DNA from: the human T2T-CHM13v2.0 reference genome, Homo sapiens
Length of the DNA stretch: 64,000 nucleotides
Strand: one strand, 5' to 3'
Assembly: GCF_009914755.1 (NCBI RefSeq)
Contig: NC_060937.1
The notes under the pieces are model-generated. The model was not told the origin of the DNA. It saw nothing but the letters and a program-made list of their open reading frames with translations, and did not search any database. Shown one piece after another: positions 15,591 through 29,130 of the stretch. Position numbers and translations under genes: made by a program. The stretch's first letter is position 1, and every line of letters begins with the position of its first letter.

Positions 15591-16511
15591 AACTAACTAT
15601 CACTGTTATCTTCCTGATGATTGTCATATACCTCTTTATTCTGATGTCTTTTTAACAATCTCTAAGATTTCTCCACCAAGAATACATTGGCTGTTGGGGG
15701 TTCTGTGTGAGCCTAACCACTCCTCCTCATTGCCTCTAGATTTCAAGCTAATTGGGAAGAAGACACAGATCCCAGAGGAAATTAACATGCAATATTCACT
15801 TAATTGCTGTTTTGGTGGTATTGGAGAATGCCATAGGCACCTGCTGCTATGGTGCATTCCCTTTCTGTCTGCTCTTCCCCTTACAGTCGAGACCTGGGGG
15901 ACTGCATGTTGAAGAGTGGGATCGGCATACACTTACCCAGACACAGCAGACTTCAGCCTTCAGCCTGTCTCATACCACAAGGAGCCTGAGTAATTAAAAT
16001 TCAGAGAACCAAGCCATGGGGCCAAGTATGAGCAGATACATTTAACACACTACAATCAACCATGAGGGAAACAGAACAGAGAATGTCAGGTTCTCACCAT
16101 TCTCTCTTAAGAACGAGAAAATGGGGACTGGAAAGGATAACAAACAAACAAAAGTACAAAAGTTTGTTCCCCAATTCTTCCCCTCTGAGACAAGGACTAT
16201 TAGGACATTTCCATGTTATGGAGCAGGGCAGGACTATGACGGAAAAGAGAATGGTTCCGTTTATTGGCTATTGATTAGCTTGAGATATTTTTCTCTTTAC
16301 TTACTTTAGGATGTGGTTCCAAAAGCAGTGAATTCATAAAATTCAGTTCAACACACCTGTATTGAATACTAATTCGCGTAAGATATCATGGCAGAGTTTA
16401 TTGTATTGAATAGTTGCTGTATAGAAGACATTGTGGCAAAGCTTCATTTAAATCTGGAAAAGATGATATTATGCCGAGGTAATCATCACCAGACTTCCCA
16501 AACCTTTAATA

Positions 16512-17103
16512 TAGTCCTGCATTCCTTAACAGTGGGAATATATTCCAAGAAATGCATTGTTAACTGATGTTATCATCGTGTGAACATGGTAAAATGTACT
16601 AACACAAACTTAGATGCCATAACCTACTACACACCTAGGCCATATGGTACAGCCTGCTGTTCCTAAGCTGCACACCTGTATATAGCATGTTAGTGTACTG
16701 AATAGTGTAGGCAATTGTAACGCTATGGTGAGTATTTGTGTATCTGAACATACCTAAACATAGAAAAGGTGCATTAAAAATATAGCATAAAACATTTAAA
16801 AAATGATACACTTGTATAGGGCACATACCAGGACTGGAAGTTGCTCTGGGAGAATCAGTGAGTGGTGATGAGTGAATGTGAAGGCCTAGGACATTACCAT
16901 ACACTTTTATATGACTGGTGGCCCTATAAGTTTGTTTATACAGGCATCACTACAAACACTATTGAGAGTCGCCACACTCCCTTTTTGAGTAATGCATTGC
17001 ACTAAGATACTACAATGGCTACGCAGTAGGAATTTTTCAACTTCATTATAATCTCATATGCAGTTTATTGTTGACTGAAATGTTGTTACTTGGCACTTCA
17101 CCG
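16512..17103. mobile_element. Tigger3 (MER7/Golem) non-autonomous DNA transposon, about 590 bp (Tigger3c-size)
   Basis: acacaaacttagatg...acctactacacacctaggc...gtaggcaattgtaac...aaacatagaaaaggt signature; degenerate TIRs flanked by TA. Confidence 0.88.
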
Positions 17104-18524
17104 TATTCTAAAGTGCTCTATGGGGTTCCCATTTCACTAATGTGACATAAGCCCACTATAGTCCATCCTGTTGTCTGATCACAACAAAAAACTCTGGTTG
17201 GAAAAAATACAAAAAATAATACCCGAGGCCTCTGTTTCCGGAAAGTAAATAAAAGCAGGTGGACTGTGGAGGGGAGTCAAAACTTGGAGAAGACAACCTA
17301 CAGGGTGAGTTTCTCTACCTCTCTCTTCAGGGCTTTGTCTTAAGGGCGGCCCCCAGGCATTGAGCAATGTGGCAGGGGGTGGCCATGTAGGTAGCTAAAA
17401 CTCCCACACAAATGACATCTTTCTGGTCAGAAGAATCAAGAAACAATATCTTTTGAGGGCTGGAGAATGAGGGGAGAATAGCATGAAGAGAGCCAGGAAG
17501 AAAAAGTTTCCCTGCTGATCCTGTATATAATCTTCATGAGTCTCAGCATTACCCCTGAGTGATACTCACAAAAGGTAAGCAGAACTTGCGGTTCCAAATC
17601 TAATTAAGCTGATTGCCTGCTAAACCAACAACATGAACATCCTCCATAGCATTATACTAGGACTCACTGTCTGCACAACGTAACCCATTCACAATGTCCA
17701 GGATACAACCCCAAGTTACCTGACGTACACAAGAAAATATGACCAATTCTCAAAGGAATGGACAAATAACATGTCAACCCCAAGATGAACCAGGCATTGC
17801 AATTATTAGACAAAGATGTTAAAGCATCTATGAAAACTATACCCCATGAGGTAAGGAAAAATATACTTGAAATGAATGAAAATACAGGTGTTCTCATCAT
17901 AGAAATATAAATTATAAAAAAGAAACAAGGGAAAATATTATAATTGAAAAATACAATATATAAAATAAAAATTCCCAACGTAGGCTCAATAGTGGGCTAG
18001 AAATGAAGAAAGAGAGTCAAGGAAATCTTATCCAATATGAAAAAGACAGAAAATACTGAAAATAAATGAGCAGAGACCCAGGGTTCTGTGAGACAATATC
18101 AGAAGGACTAACAGACATTTTACTGAAGCCCAAGAAACAGAGAAAAGAATGACTGGGACAAAAAAATATATACTTGAAAAAATGATGGCCTTAAATGTCC
18201 CAAAATTGGTGTAAGACAAATTTACAGATTTAAGAAGCTCAGCAAACCATAAATAAGATAAACTATTTTAAAATGCTTAGACACATCATAATCAGAATGC
18301 TAAAAACCAAATATAAAGAAAAAATTCTTGAAAGCAGGCAGATAAAAATGACACATTATGTACAGAGAACAATAATTCAAATAACTGCTGATCTCTCTTC
18401 AAAAACCATGGAGGCCAATGGGATACTATCTTCAAAATAGTTAAAGAAAAGAACTGCCAACTCAGAATTCTAAATCCAACAAAAATACCCCTCAGGAATG
18501 AAGGCAAAAGAAAAGGATTCTCAG

Positions 18525-18874
<350 letters not shown>

Positions 18875-19034
18875 CTAAGATAATCCATCATCAGCTCTCC
18901 TGCTGTAAAAGAATTATTAATGGAAGTTCTTTAGGCCAAAGAGAGATGATGCGAGACAGAGGCTTGGATCTTTGGGAATTAATGAAGAACAACAAAAATG
19001 ATGACTATCTAAGCAAATATAAAAGACTATTTTC

Positions 19035-19425
<391 letters not shown>

Positions 19426-19655
19426 TTATCTTTGTAGTTTTCAATGTATGCCCGTATAATACATATGAGGACATAATAAAAAGGTCAGTGTGGGAAAATT
19501 AAAGGTTGCAAGGTTTGTAACTTAGTTTTAGGTATCAACTCTAAGTAGACTTTGAAAAGTTAGATATATGTATTTTTTCAATTCTTGAATTGTAAAATAT
19601 GTATAATATAAAATTTACCATCTTAACCATTTTAAACGTATACAGCTCAGTAGTA

Positions 19656-19964
19656 TTTTATTTTATTTATTTATTTATTTATTTGGGACACGGTCTCACT
19701 CTGTCACCCAGGCTGGAGCGCAGTGGCACAGTTATAGCTCACTGTAACCTCAAACTCCTGGGCTCAAGTGATCCTCCCATGTCAGCCTCCCAAGTAGCTA
19801 AGACTACAGGCATGTGCCACAATGCCTGGCTAATTTTTTTTTGGTAGATATGGGGTTTCATATTATGTTGCCTAGGCTGGTCTTGAATTCCTGGCCTCAG
19901 GCAATCCTCCTGTTTCAGTCTCCCAAAGTATTGGGATTGTAGGCATGAGCTTTTGCATGCAGCT
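19656..19964 (-). mobile_element. AluJ
   Basis: Reverse Alu: ctcctgggctcaagtgatcctccc; (TTTA)n tail. Confidence 0.93.
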
Positions 19965-20186
19965 CAATTCAGTGGTATTAAATACATTCATTTTGTTGTA
20001 CCTCCATCTTCAGAACACTTTCCTCTTGAAAATCTGAAACTCTTTATCCATTAAGCAATAACTCCTCATTCTTTCCTTCCCCAACCCCTGCAACCACCAT
20101 TCTACTTTCTGTCTCTATGGTTTTGACTATGCTAAGTTGCTCATATAAGTAGAATTATATAGCACTTGTCCTTTTGTGACTGGCTT

Positions 20187-20480
20187 TTTTTTTTTTTTTG
20201 AGACAGAATCTCGCTCTGTCACCCATGCTGGAGTGCAGTGGTGCGATCTTGGCTCACTGCAAGCTCCGCCTCCTGGGTTCACGCCATTTTCCTGCCTCAG
20301 CCTCCTGAGTAGCTGGGACTAAAGGTGCCCACCACCACATCTGGCTAATTTTTTGTATTTTTAGTAGAGACAGGATTTCACCCCATTAGCCAGGATGGTT
20401 TCAATCTCCTGACCTCGTGATCCGCCCACCTCAGCCTCCCAAAGTGCTGGGATTTCAGGTGTGAGCCACCATGCCCGGCC
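20187..20480 (-). mobile_element. AluY
   Basis: gcaagctccgcc, ttcacgccatt, ttagccaggatgg; TSD gtgactggctt. Confidence 0.95.
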
Positions 20481-22496
20481 GTGACTGGCTTATTTTATTT
20501 AGCATAATGTTCTTCTTTGTCTCTTGTAACCTATTTTTAAAATTTAATGTGTATTTTTCTGATATCAGTATAGCTGCTTCTGCTCTCTTTTGATTATTGT
20601 TACATGGAATATCTTTTTCCATTATTTTACTTTCAACCTATTTGTGTCTTTGGTGCTAAAATGAGTATCTTGTGAGCAGCATGTAGCTGGATCATGTTTT
20701 TATATTCATTCTGTCAATCTCTGTCTTTGGTTGGATAGTTTAATCTATTTACACCTAGTAATGATTTGTCTTCTGTACACCTTATAGCTTTTTGCACCTC
20801 ATCGTCTGCATCACTGTTTTTTTAGTTGATTTTTTGTAGTGAAATATTTAAATTCCTTTGTCATTTCTTTTTGTGTCTATTCTATAGCTATTTTCTCTCC
20901 TGAATTTATTCTTGGTGTCTTTTTAGACACCAAGAATAAATTTTCTATCTTTTTGTGGATATTTCCATTTTGTTCATACATCACTTCCTTGACTTTTCCC
21001 CCATCTTAGTTCTTTCAGCATGTTTAAGACAGTTGTGTTAAAGTCTTTGTCAAGTAGAGCCATCATCAGGTCTTTTTCGGCAACAGTTTCTGTTGTTATT
21101 TTCGTCTTTGAATAGGCCATACTTTTCTGTTCTGCTGTGTGCCTTGTGATTTTTTTGTTGAAAAAACTGAACATTTGCATCTAACAAAGTAGAGTAACTC
21201 TGGAAATAAAAAATTTCCCTGTTGCCAGAGCTTGCTATTTGATGTTTTGTTCTTTTTTTTTTTTTTTTTTTTTTGACTGATGTATGCTGTATTTGTGCTA
21301 AGGATGAATCTGAGGTGTAAGCTTAACGTCTTCTCAGGTCTTTTCTGAGCCTGCACCTTTCCCTGGATATTGCAAGATCACTTTCTAATTTCCCCCACAT
21401 ATGTAGCTGCTTTTGAATATTTTAGTCTTTAATATCTATCTCCCAAAAGGAGAAAAAGAGAAAAATGAAGTGGAGAGAGGAACAAAAGATTTCGGCTCTT
21501 TAAATCTCCTGGAAGTCACCTCTGCTGGAGGGGGAGGGGCTTGCAACAATGGCAGTAGGCAGAACGACACTGGTCCCTGCCTCTTTGTCTGTAGCTCTGG
21601 ATCAGAAGCAGAAATTGGAGGTCAGAGAACAGATCCTTGACATTTAGAGAACACTGTCCTTTTGACCCATGCTAACTCCTGCAAGCTGTTCCTGGAACAT
21701 GTGCACAGCTGCCTACCACAGGAATAGGGATGGAAAATGGGTAGTTGCTACAATGCTAAGATATAAAATGGACTAAAACTAACTGAAATTTACCATCTAA
21801 GCCTTCCCTGGAATTTTCAGGCCTTTAATAGACTCCAGAATTCCAAAATAGTTACATCAGACAGATTTTGCCAGTGCAATTGTGGTCTAAGTGGGGGGAA
21901 AGATTCCCAGTGCTTTCCACTCCACCATCTTTCTCTAAAATCAAACCAATACGTTACAATGCTAAAAATCTAAACTAAAAAATCATCCAAAAAAGAGCAG
22001 GAAAAGATTAAGAGAGGAACAAAACAGAGGGTCCAAAAAGAAAACAAATGATAAAATAGTAGACCTAACTCCAACCATATTAATAACTATAGTAAATGTT
22101 AAATTGTCTAAACGCTCCAATTAAAAAACATAGATTAACATTGTAGATTAAAAGGCAAGACTCTACTAAACACTGCCTACAAGTGACACACTTTAAATAT
22201 AAAGGCACAAATATGTTGAAAATAAAATACAGACCACCCAAACAGTAGGCATAAAAAAGCAAAAGGGGCTGTTTTAGCATCCAGTAAAATGGACTCCAAA
22301 ACAAAGACTATTACCAAAAAGAAAGATAGGTATTTCATAACAATAAAAGGGGAATTTCATCAGAAATGCATAATTATAAATGTGTATGCAACTAGCAAGA
22401 GAGCCCTAAAACACATGAAGCAAAAATGGAGAAAATTAAAGTGAGAAATTGTCTAATTCCAAAATTTTCTAAGCAATTGATAGAACAATGACCTAA

Positions 22497-22813
<317 letters not shown>

Positions 22814-24339
22814 AAAAAATCAATCTTGACATAGAATATATGAACCACACTGTTAACCACCTTGATCTTGTTAATGTTTGTAATATGCTACATCTAATAA
22901 CTACAGAATAAACATTATTTTCAAATCCACATAATGTATTTACCATAAAACAAGTTGCAATAGATTTAAGAAAATTGAAATCATACAAAGTTTACTCTCT
23001 GACCACATGAGATTAAATTTGAAATCAGTAATAATATAATATCTAGGGAAACTCCTAATATCTTGAAATTAAATAATATACTTGCTAAATAATTCACAAG
23101 TTAAAAGTGCATCATGTGTGTCCTAGAGAGGGCATCAAGTATGCTGCATTTGCCAAATTTAATTGGACACAAAAGTCTTTTTAGTGGAGCATTTCATAAG
23201 ACTAGTGTTTTGTGGAGCACATTCAGGAAAACTCTCCTAGAATATGCCCCTGAAACTGTGGTGCCTTTTCTTTTAAGCAGAGATTGAAATTTTAATCGGT
23301 CCACATAGAAGACATTCCATCCATCACAAATATTTACAAAATTCATGTTGATGGAGAGACTTCCTCCAGCATGTAATCCTTGTCAATCTAACTTTATGCA
23401 ACTGTTTGCTTTTTGTTGTTGCTTTTTCTTGGTTGAGATTCTTCTACAGGGACATAGTTGTCTGGTGTTCCAGAAATAACAATCGGTCAAGTAATTGCCA
23501 AGTAAACAGGGCATCGCTGGAGCAACGAGCAGCAGTGAACCTGTTCTTTCTTGTGGACTAAAACTAACCTAATAGCAAAGTAGGGTCTGAGCCTTTTAGA
23601 GGAGGGAGGAGTCCTTCTCATGGTTGCTGGTAAGGAATGATTGTGTTTCTCAAATACAAGAGGGGTATTACTTTCTCTTTCTTTTTTCTCTTTTGTTTTC
23701 TTTTTTTAAAAAACCCTTTGCACTAACAGCCCTGGAGAAAATGGCTTGTTCTTGTTTAAGGGAAAGTCGATAATATCCACCAAGACTTGCCAAGGAAACA
23801 AAATTGAAGTTGGAAATGATTTGCTGGAGAAAAGCTGTAAAAGTGAATGGGAGCGTGGCTGTATCCCCAAAGCAAAGCTTGGGGTGTTGGAGGAGTCTGG
23901 GCTGAGAGGGAGACCCCAATCTTCTTTGGCTGGAGCCATAGGTTCTGAAGAGCCTCCCAACACACAAACCCATCTACTCACTCCCCTTGGATTTCCTCAA
24001 GTTCATTCCCTCACAATCTAGCAGTGCCCCTGGCCCTGAGGACATGAGGCTCCCGGGCACCGTGGCAGAAATGGTTGCTCCATGTCAGCAGATGCACTGT
24101 CTTCCAAAATAAGTTTGTGCAGACAGCATCTGCTTAGGGGATTTCTTGAAATGAAAAGGTGGAATAGGCAGTTACAGATCAAGAGCTCTGGCCTATTCAA
24201 ATTCTAATGTTTGTTGATTAGGATCTTTTGGCCCAGAAAATAATCTTTAGCACCCGCAGCTCAGAGACTGCTGAATACTTCAGTGCTCCAGCTTAAGAAC
24301 CAACAGTTTATACAAAAGCACAAATGTAGTTTTCCTCTA

Positions 24340-25330
24340 TTAACTACTCAATTCAATGCCTGGGGACTGGAGCTACATCACCTGAGAATCACCTTGAGGA
24401 CTAAGCTCTGATTTTTTTTTTATCATGCCCAAATTCCTATCTAAGGAGTCTGGGGAGTCATGCCCTACAAACCATAAATTCCCATCAGATGGGTTTTATT
24501 TAACCCTGTTTATCATAACTTACTTTCCAATCTGACTCTGGCATAACAAGAAAGAAAATAAAAATATTTAACCCCAAAATGTATTTCCTTGCCATACCTT
24601 GAAATTGTCCTGCAAGTCTCTTGTGGGAAAAATCCACATTCTATAAAGAATCCCCTTTCACCTTTGTTTTCCTTCCTTCCTTTCCAGATCCAGGGGATAA
24701 TCAACTAAGAGTCAGGCACCCTTTTTAAGTCCGATAAGAAACATTTTACAACCTGCTCTCTCTGAAGTCTGCTATCTGAGAGCTTCCTCTGCACAATAAA
24801 ACTTGGTCTCCACAATCCTTTATCTTAACCTGAACTTTCCTTTCTATTGATTCCAGGTCTTCAGATAAATTCAACCAATTGTCAACCAGAAAATGTTTAA
24901 ATTTAGTTATAGCCTGGAAGCCTCCTCCTTGAGTTGTCCCACCTTTCTAGAGCACACTAGTGTATTACTGAAATGTATTTGATTGATGTCTCATGCCTCC
25001 CTAAAATATATAAAACCAAGCAGTACCCCGACCACCTTGGGCACGTGTTCTCAGGACTTCCTGAGGGCTGTGTCACGGGCCATGGTCACTCATATTCGGC
25101 TCAGAATAAATCTCTAAAAATATTTTACAGAGTTTGACTCTTTTTGTTAACAATCTGGAGAGCTTTTCAGAAACAGATTTCTGGGCCTCCTCTTGGAGAG
25201 TCTTGTTGGACACATCTGACATGGGCCCCAGAATCTGGAGTTTGGTCAGCCCTTCCCAGGGGCGGCTTCTGCAGCAAGTTCAGGGAGGCTCTCCTCGTCC
25301 TGCCTTGCAGAAGCATCTTATCACAAAGGC
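24340..25330. mobile_element. MER5-type hAT fossil split by the MER4E LTR
   Basis: gagaatcacct | LTR | ggagagcttttcagaaacagatttctgggcc rebuilds the MER5 core agaatcacctggagagcttgttaaaa.acagattcctgggcc. Confidence 0.6.
24395..25152 (+). mobile_element. MER4E-like ERV1 solo LTR
   Basis: TG...CA ends; start tgaggactaagctctgattttt...cccaaattcctatctaagg; AATAAA near 3' end; 4-bp TSD acct/atct. Confidence 0.88.
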
Positions 25331-25356
25331 CCTCCGGGTGAGCCTCAGACGCCTTC

Positions 25357-26357
25357 TATTACCTGAAAAAAACAGGTTCATTCTCCTGGCAAGTAATGAA
25401 CGACTCTCCATGAGAACACAGGTTTTGTTTTTTCTTTTATATATATATATTATACTTTAAGTTCTAGGGTACACGTGCACAACGTGCAGGTTTGTTGACA
25501 TATGTATACATGTGCTATGTTGGTGTGCTGCACCCATTAACTTGTCATTTACATTAGGTATATCTCCTAATGCTATCCTTCCCCCCCTCCCCCCACCCCA
25601 CAACAGGCCCCGGTGTGTGATGTTCCCCTTCCTGAGTCCAAGTGTTCTCATTGTTCAGTTCCCACCTATGAGTGAGAACATGCGGTGTTTGGTTCTTTGT
25701 CCTTGCAATAGCTTGCTGAGAATGGTGGTTTCCAGCTTCATCTATGTCCCTACAAAGGACATGAACTCATCCTTTTTTATGGCTGCATAGTATTCCATGG
25801 TGTATATGTGCCACATTTTCTTAATCCAGTCTATCATTGACGGACATTTGGGTTGGTTCCAAGTCTTTGCTATTGTGAGTAGTGCCGCAATAAACATGCG
25901 TGTGCATGAGAACACAGGTTTTGATAATAGGAGTTTTATTACTTAGCTCAAGTAAGGAGGACACTGGGAGTATTCTCCAAAGCAGTTTCTCCCTGAGGGA
26001 AAGTGACAGAGGGCGTTAAGGGGTGATGGAGAGCAGAGAGGATGCGGCATGGCATGTAGAGGAGGGGTCCCAGCTGTGCAGATCCAGTGAGTTATCATGC
26101 CAACACACAGGTTGCATGTTTTGATGATGAAGCTACAGCTTCTCCCAGGATGAAGACTTTAGCACGGTAAGGAGGGAAGATCACTTGGGTTCATCTGCAA
26201 GTTTCCGGGCGTCTTTCAGGAGCTGGCTTAAACCAACAAGGTGACCGCAGGGCTTGGGGAAGAACAGGCTGCAGGGCAAGAGGCTGCCAAACAGGCTGAT
26301 TGCTCAAGTGGATTAAATTTTTATAGTCCCCAGAGATCCTCCCTTGTCTGCTTATAC
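25357..26357 (-). mobile_element. ERVL-type solo LTR (MER54/LTR47-like group) interrupted by L1PA
   Basis: Reverse complement starts tataagcagacaagggaggatctctggggactataaaaatttaatccacttgagcaatcagcctg; reverse AATAAA at about 25934; subfamily uncertain. Confidence 0.65.
25428..25908 (-). mobile_element. 5'-truncated L1PA (L1PA4-like) 3' end, about 480 bp
   Basis: ttctagggtacacgtgcacaacgtgcagg...ccaagtgttctcattg L1PA 3'UTR; flanking duplication catgagaacacaggttttg (25409-25427 / 25905-25923). Confidence 0.93.
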
Positions 26358-28539
26358 TTCTAGCTGTGATTCACCCTTCCCTGTGACCAGGACTGCACTG
26401 CCTGCACCCTGGAGTGTCTTTGTGTCCTATCTCCCTTGTAGGACATCACTACCTGGCCCCCGACCCTGCCTTTGCTGTGGTCTTTCTGCAACCATGAAGA
26501 GCTGAGTGTCCCAGGGGCCGCTGGAAAAAATTTGCCCAGGATGGTGCCAAGCGGGCCGCGAAGCTGCACGGGTCAGCCCCCTTCTGAGGAAAGGTCTCCC
26601 TTGTCCATCACCAGCCCCTGTTTCATATGAACCAGTGTGGCCTGGCTTGGACTACCTCTCAGGGATTGGAGGTTAGGACTATTATTTTCCTTGTAGTCTC
26701 TATTTTTGTCTAATTTTGCATTCATCTGCATAATAAACCCTATCTTCACAAAAACATGCCATCCTGCCCAGTGCAATCTTCAAGCTCATGTTTCTCTGAT
26801 GTGTAGGATTCAATTTGTAGTTCTCGCCTCGGCCCACAGTATCATGCCTCTGGGGCCTGAAGACTGCATTTTAAGAGGCACAAGCTGAAGAGAAAGGTTG
26901 GCTTGTCTTAGAGATGCTCTGCGCTGAAGAGTCTGGAAGGACTGGGTATAGGCTCTTACCAGAACTGAGGAGATCTACTGCAGCCCCCCAGGGTGGGACC
27001 AGGTCCCTGCAGGAGGGTTCTGCCCAAGCTCAGTGGCCTACGGGGAAGGGGCGGGGGTGGAGGAAAGAATGAAAGGAAACCAGAGGCTCCCGGAAGCCCA
27101 TCTGAGACTTGCTCTGGATGAACTAGTAGGTGACTTGACGGTGAAACTAGGTAAAGGTGTTTTTGCACCATTCTCTGGATATTTCACAACGGATGTTCTT
27201 TCTGGTGATCGATGATACAGGCACACTTTTCCCATGGTGGCAGGGCAGGCCCGAGGAATTGCACCAGGAAGCAGCCAGCCGCAGGTCATGAGAGCCTTCA
27301 TGTTGAAACTGTTTTTTCCCTGTTTTGTGCAGTTCTGTGTTTTTCCAGGGCAGGTGTCTGACTTTGAACAGAATCCTATCTTCAGGCAGCCTGCCTTCTC
27401 CTTTAAGCAAGTTGTTCCCCATTCCTTCCAGATGGATAATTTATTACAGTGTCTGGGACAGCCCTGCTTTTCTCGCCAGCTCATTCCCCTTAAACATCTT
27501 GTGCTTTATGATTCCAGGTCTCTGTCAGTGCTGGATTATGGATTTCAGAGAAAGACCAGAGCTGAAGTCTGCTCCCCTCATTGTGACAACACCATCCACA
27601 GAGCAGTGAAAAACTCATGAAATAAACCAGTCCCTCCTGCCCATTTGTCATTTATCTTTATTGCTCAGAGAAAATTCATGGAGAGGAGCTCTTGGGCTGA
27701 ACTGTCATCAAGTTTTTGCAGCCGAGTCTGGGTTGATCTGACAATTATGCACATAGACAAGATCATTTATGTTCACTTTTTTAAATGGAGGAATGAAGTG
27801 AGCTGATACATAAAAAATTATATCCAAATGATAGAATCTGTTAAAGATGTATTTTCTGTCTTCTATTTTAGGCAGGCTGCCCTCAACTCCATGAACAGCC
27901 TCCATAATTCATCCACTCGTTTGATTCCTCCTGACACATGGCCCCAAAAATAGTTGGTCTTTTTGCTTTGACTATGCTGTGTTTTCACCAACAGCAACCA
28001 GGGGAGCGTCTTTGTGCAATGAGGAATTGTTAGTGGGCAGAAAGGACTGCTGACAAACCCTGCCTGGAGAAGCAGAAAGGGCTTTCTGGAATCCAGAAGG
28101 AGAGATGAAAATCCCCCATGTTAGTCACAGTTCACACGCAGCTAATTAGTGAGGCTTGAATCTCTGGGGAGGAGCTGATAAAAATTATTGTAAAGCCACT
28201 GAGAGATTTGATGTCGTTTTGGAACAAGGAAATCGTGGAGTAAGTCCATTAAGTTTTAAAATTGTAAGAAGTCCAGAAAACGTATCTCTTACCCTTTCTC
28301 ACTCAAAACTCAAGAAGAAAATAAAAAATTTGTTTTCCTTAAAGGGTCATTATGCAAAGGAGTTAGTTTGGGCAAAATGAGCAGCAGGGTTTGTTTTTTT
28401 CTTTTTCTGAATTCCAAGACTAAACACCATCCACAGAAGATTATATCTTCTTGGCTTTTCTATACAGGAAATTGGTTCTGTCCTCAGTCCTTACCCAGCC
28501 CAGATGATTCCTATCTGGCAATGGGGACACCCTGGGCAG

Positions 28540-28735
28540 GTGTAGTCTGGGGTCTGGGGGCTGATCTGACTTGGCCTCACCCTTGTGTGAACTTGAACAA
28601 ATCACTGAAATCTCTCCAGGCCTTGGCACTGAAATCTCTCCAGGCCTTGGCACTGCCATCTGCAGTGGGTAGAATCCTCTCCCAGAGTGGTAAGAGGATG
28701 AATCAAGATGACACATGGTCAAGCCCTCCATAACC
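28540..28735 (+). mobile_element. MIR fragment containing a 24-bp tandem duplication
   Basis: tgtgtgaacttgaacaaatcactgaaatctctc...catctgcagtggg. Confidence 0.6.
28603..28655. repeat. Perfect 24-bp tandem duplication (2.2 copies)
   Basis: cactgaaatctctccaggccttgg x2 + cactg. Confidence 0.97.
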
Positions 28736-28959
28736 ACAGTGTGCTTTGACTTCCCATTCAGTTGCTACTCCTTCCAATTTCGGGCATGTTTTCCTGAAGA
28801 TCTAGGGTTTGCTATGTGACACTTTGGCTCCCTTCTGTTAATATCATGATTTGAAATAATTGCATTTAATGATTCTTTGTTTGTTTGTTCCTAAAAGGAA
28901 ATAAGAGGTGAGAAGAAGGGTGAAAGGAGTTTGAAAGAAGAGTGGAAAGTCATATTTTT

Positions 28960-29130
28960 TGGGTCTGTATTCTGGTGGCTTTGGGCAGGACACCTAATGG
29001 TGTGGGGTTTCATTCATTCCTGGTCTCTAACATGGTAATGCTAATGGTACCCACGTCATAGGACAGTGCACACAGCACAGTGCTTGGCTTATAGGAACCT
29101 ATGCAGACACCAGCACTATCTGTTATTATG
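28960..29130 (+). mobile_element. MIR fragment
   Basis: ggctttgggcagg...ctaatggtacccacgtcatagg...agcacagtgcttggcttatagg. Confidence 0.55.

Larger units (their letters stand above)
19580..21935 (-). mobile_element. Antisense L1 (L1MB-like 3' end joined to ORF2-start, ORF1 and 5' fragments), internally deleted or composite
   Basis: 19580-20510 reverse L1MB 3'UTR (aaatttaccatcttaaccatttt, ccaccattctactttctgtctctatg); 20510-20760 reverse ORF2 start; 20945-21935 reverse ORF1/5' region. Confidence 0.75.

Noticed and set aside
23140-23240. Possible hAT (MER5/MER112-like) fragment
   Set aside because: Too degenerate to assign by eye
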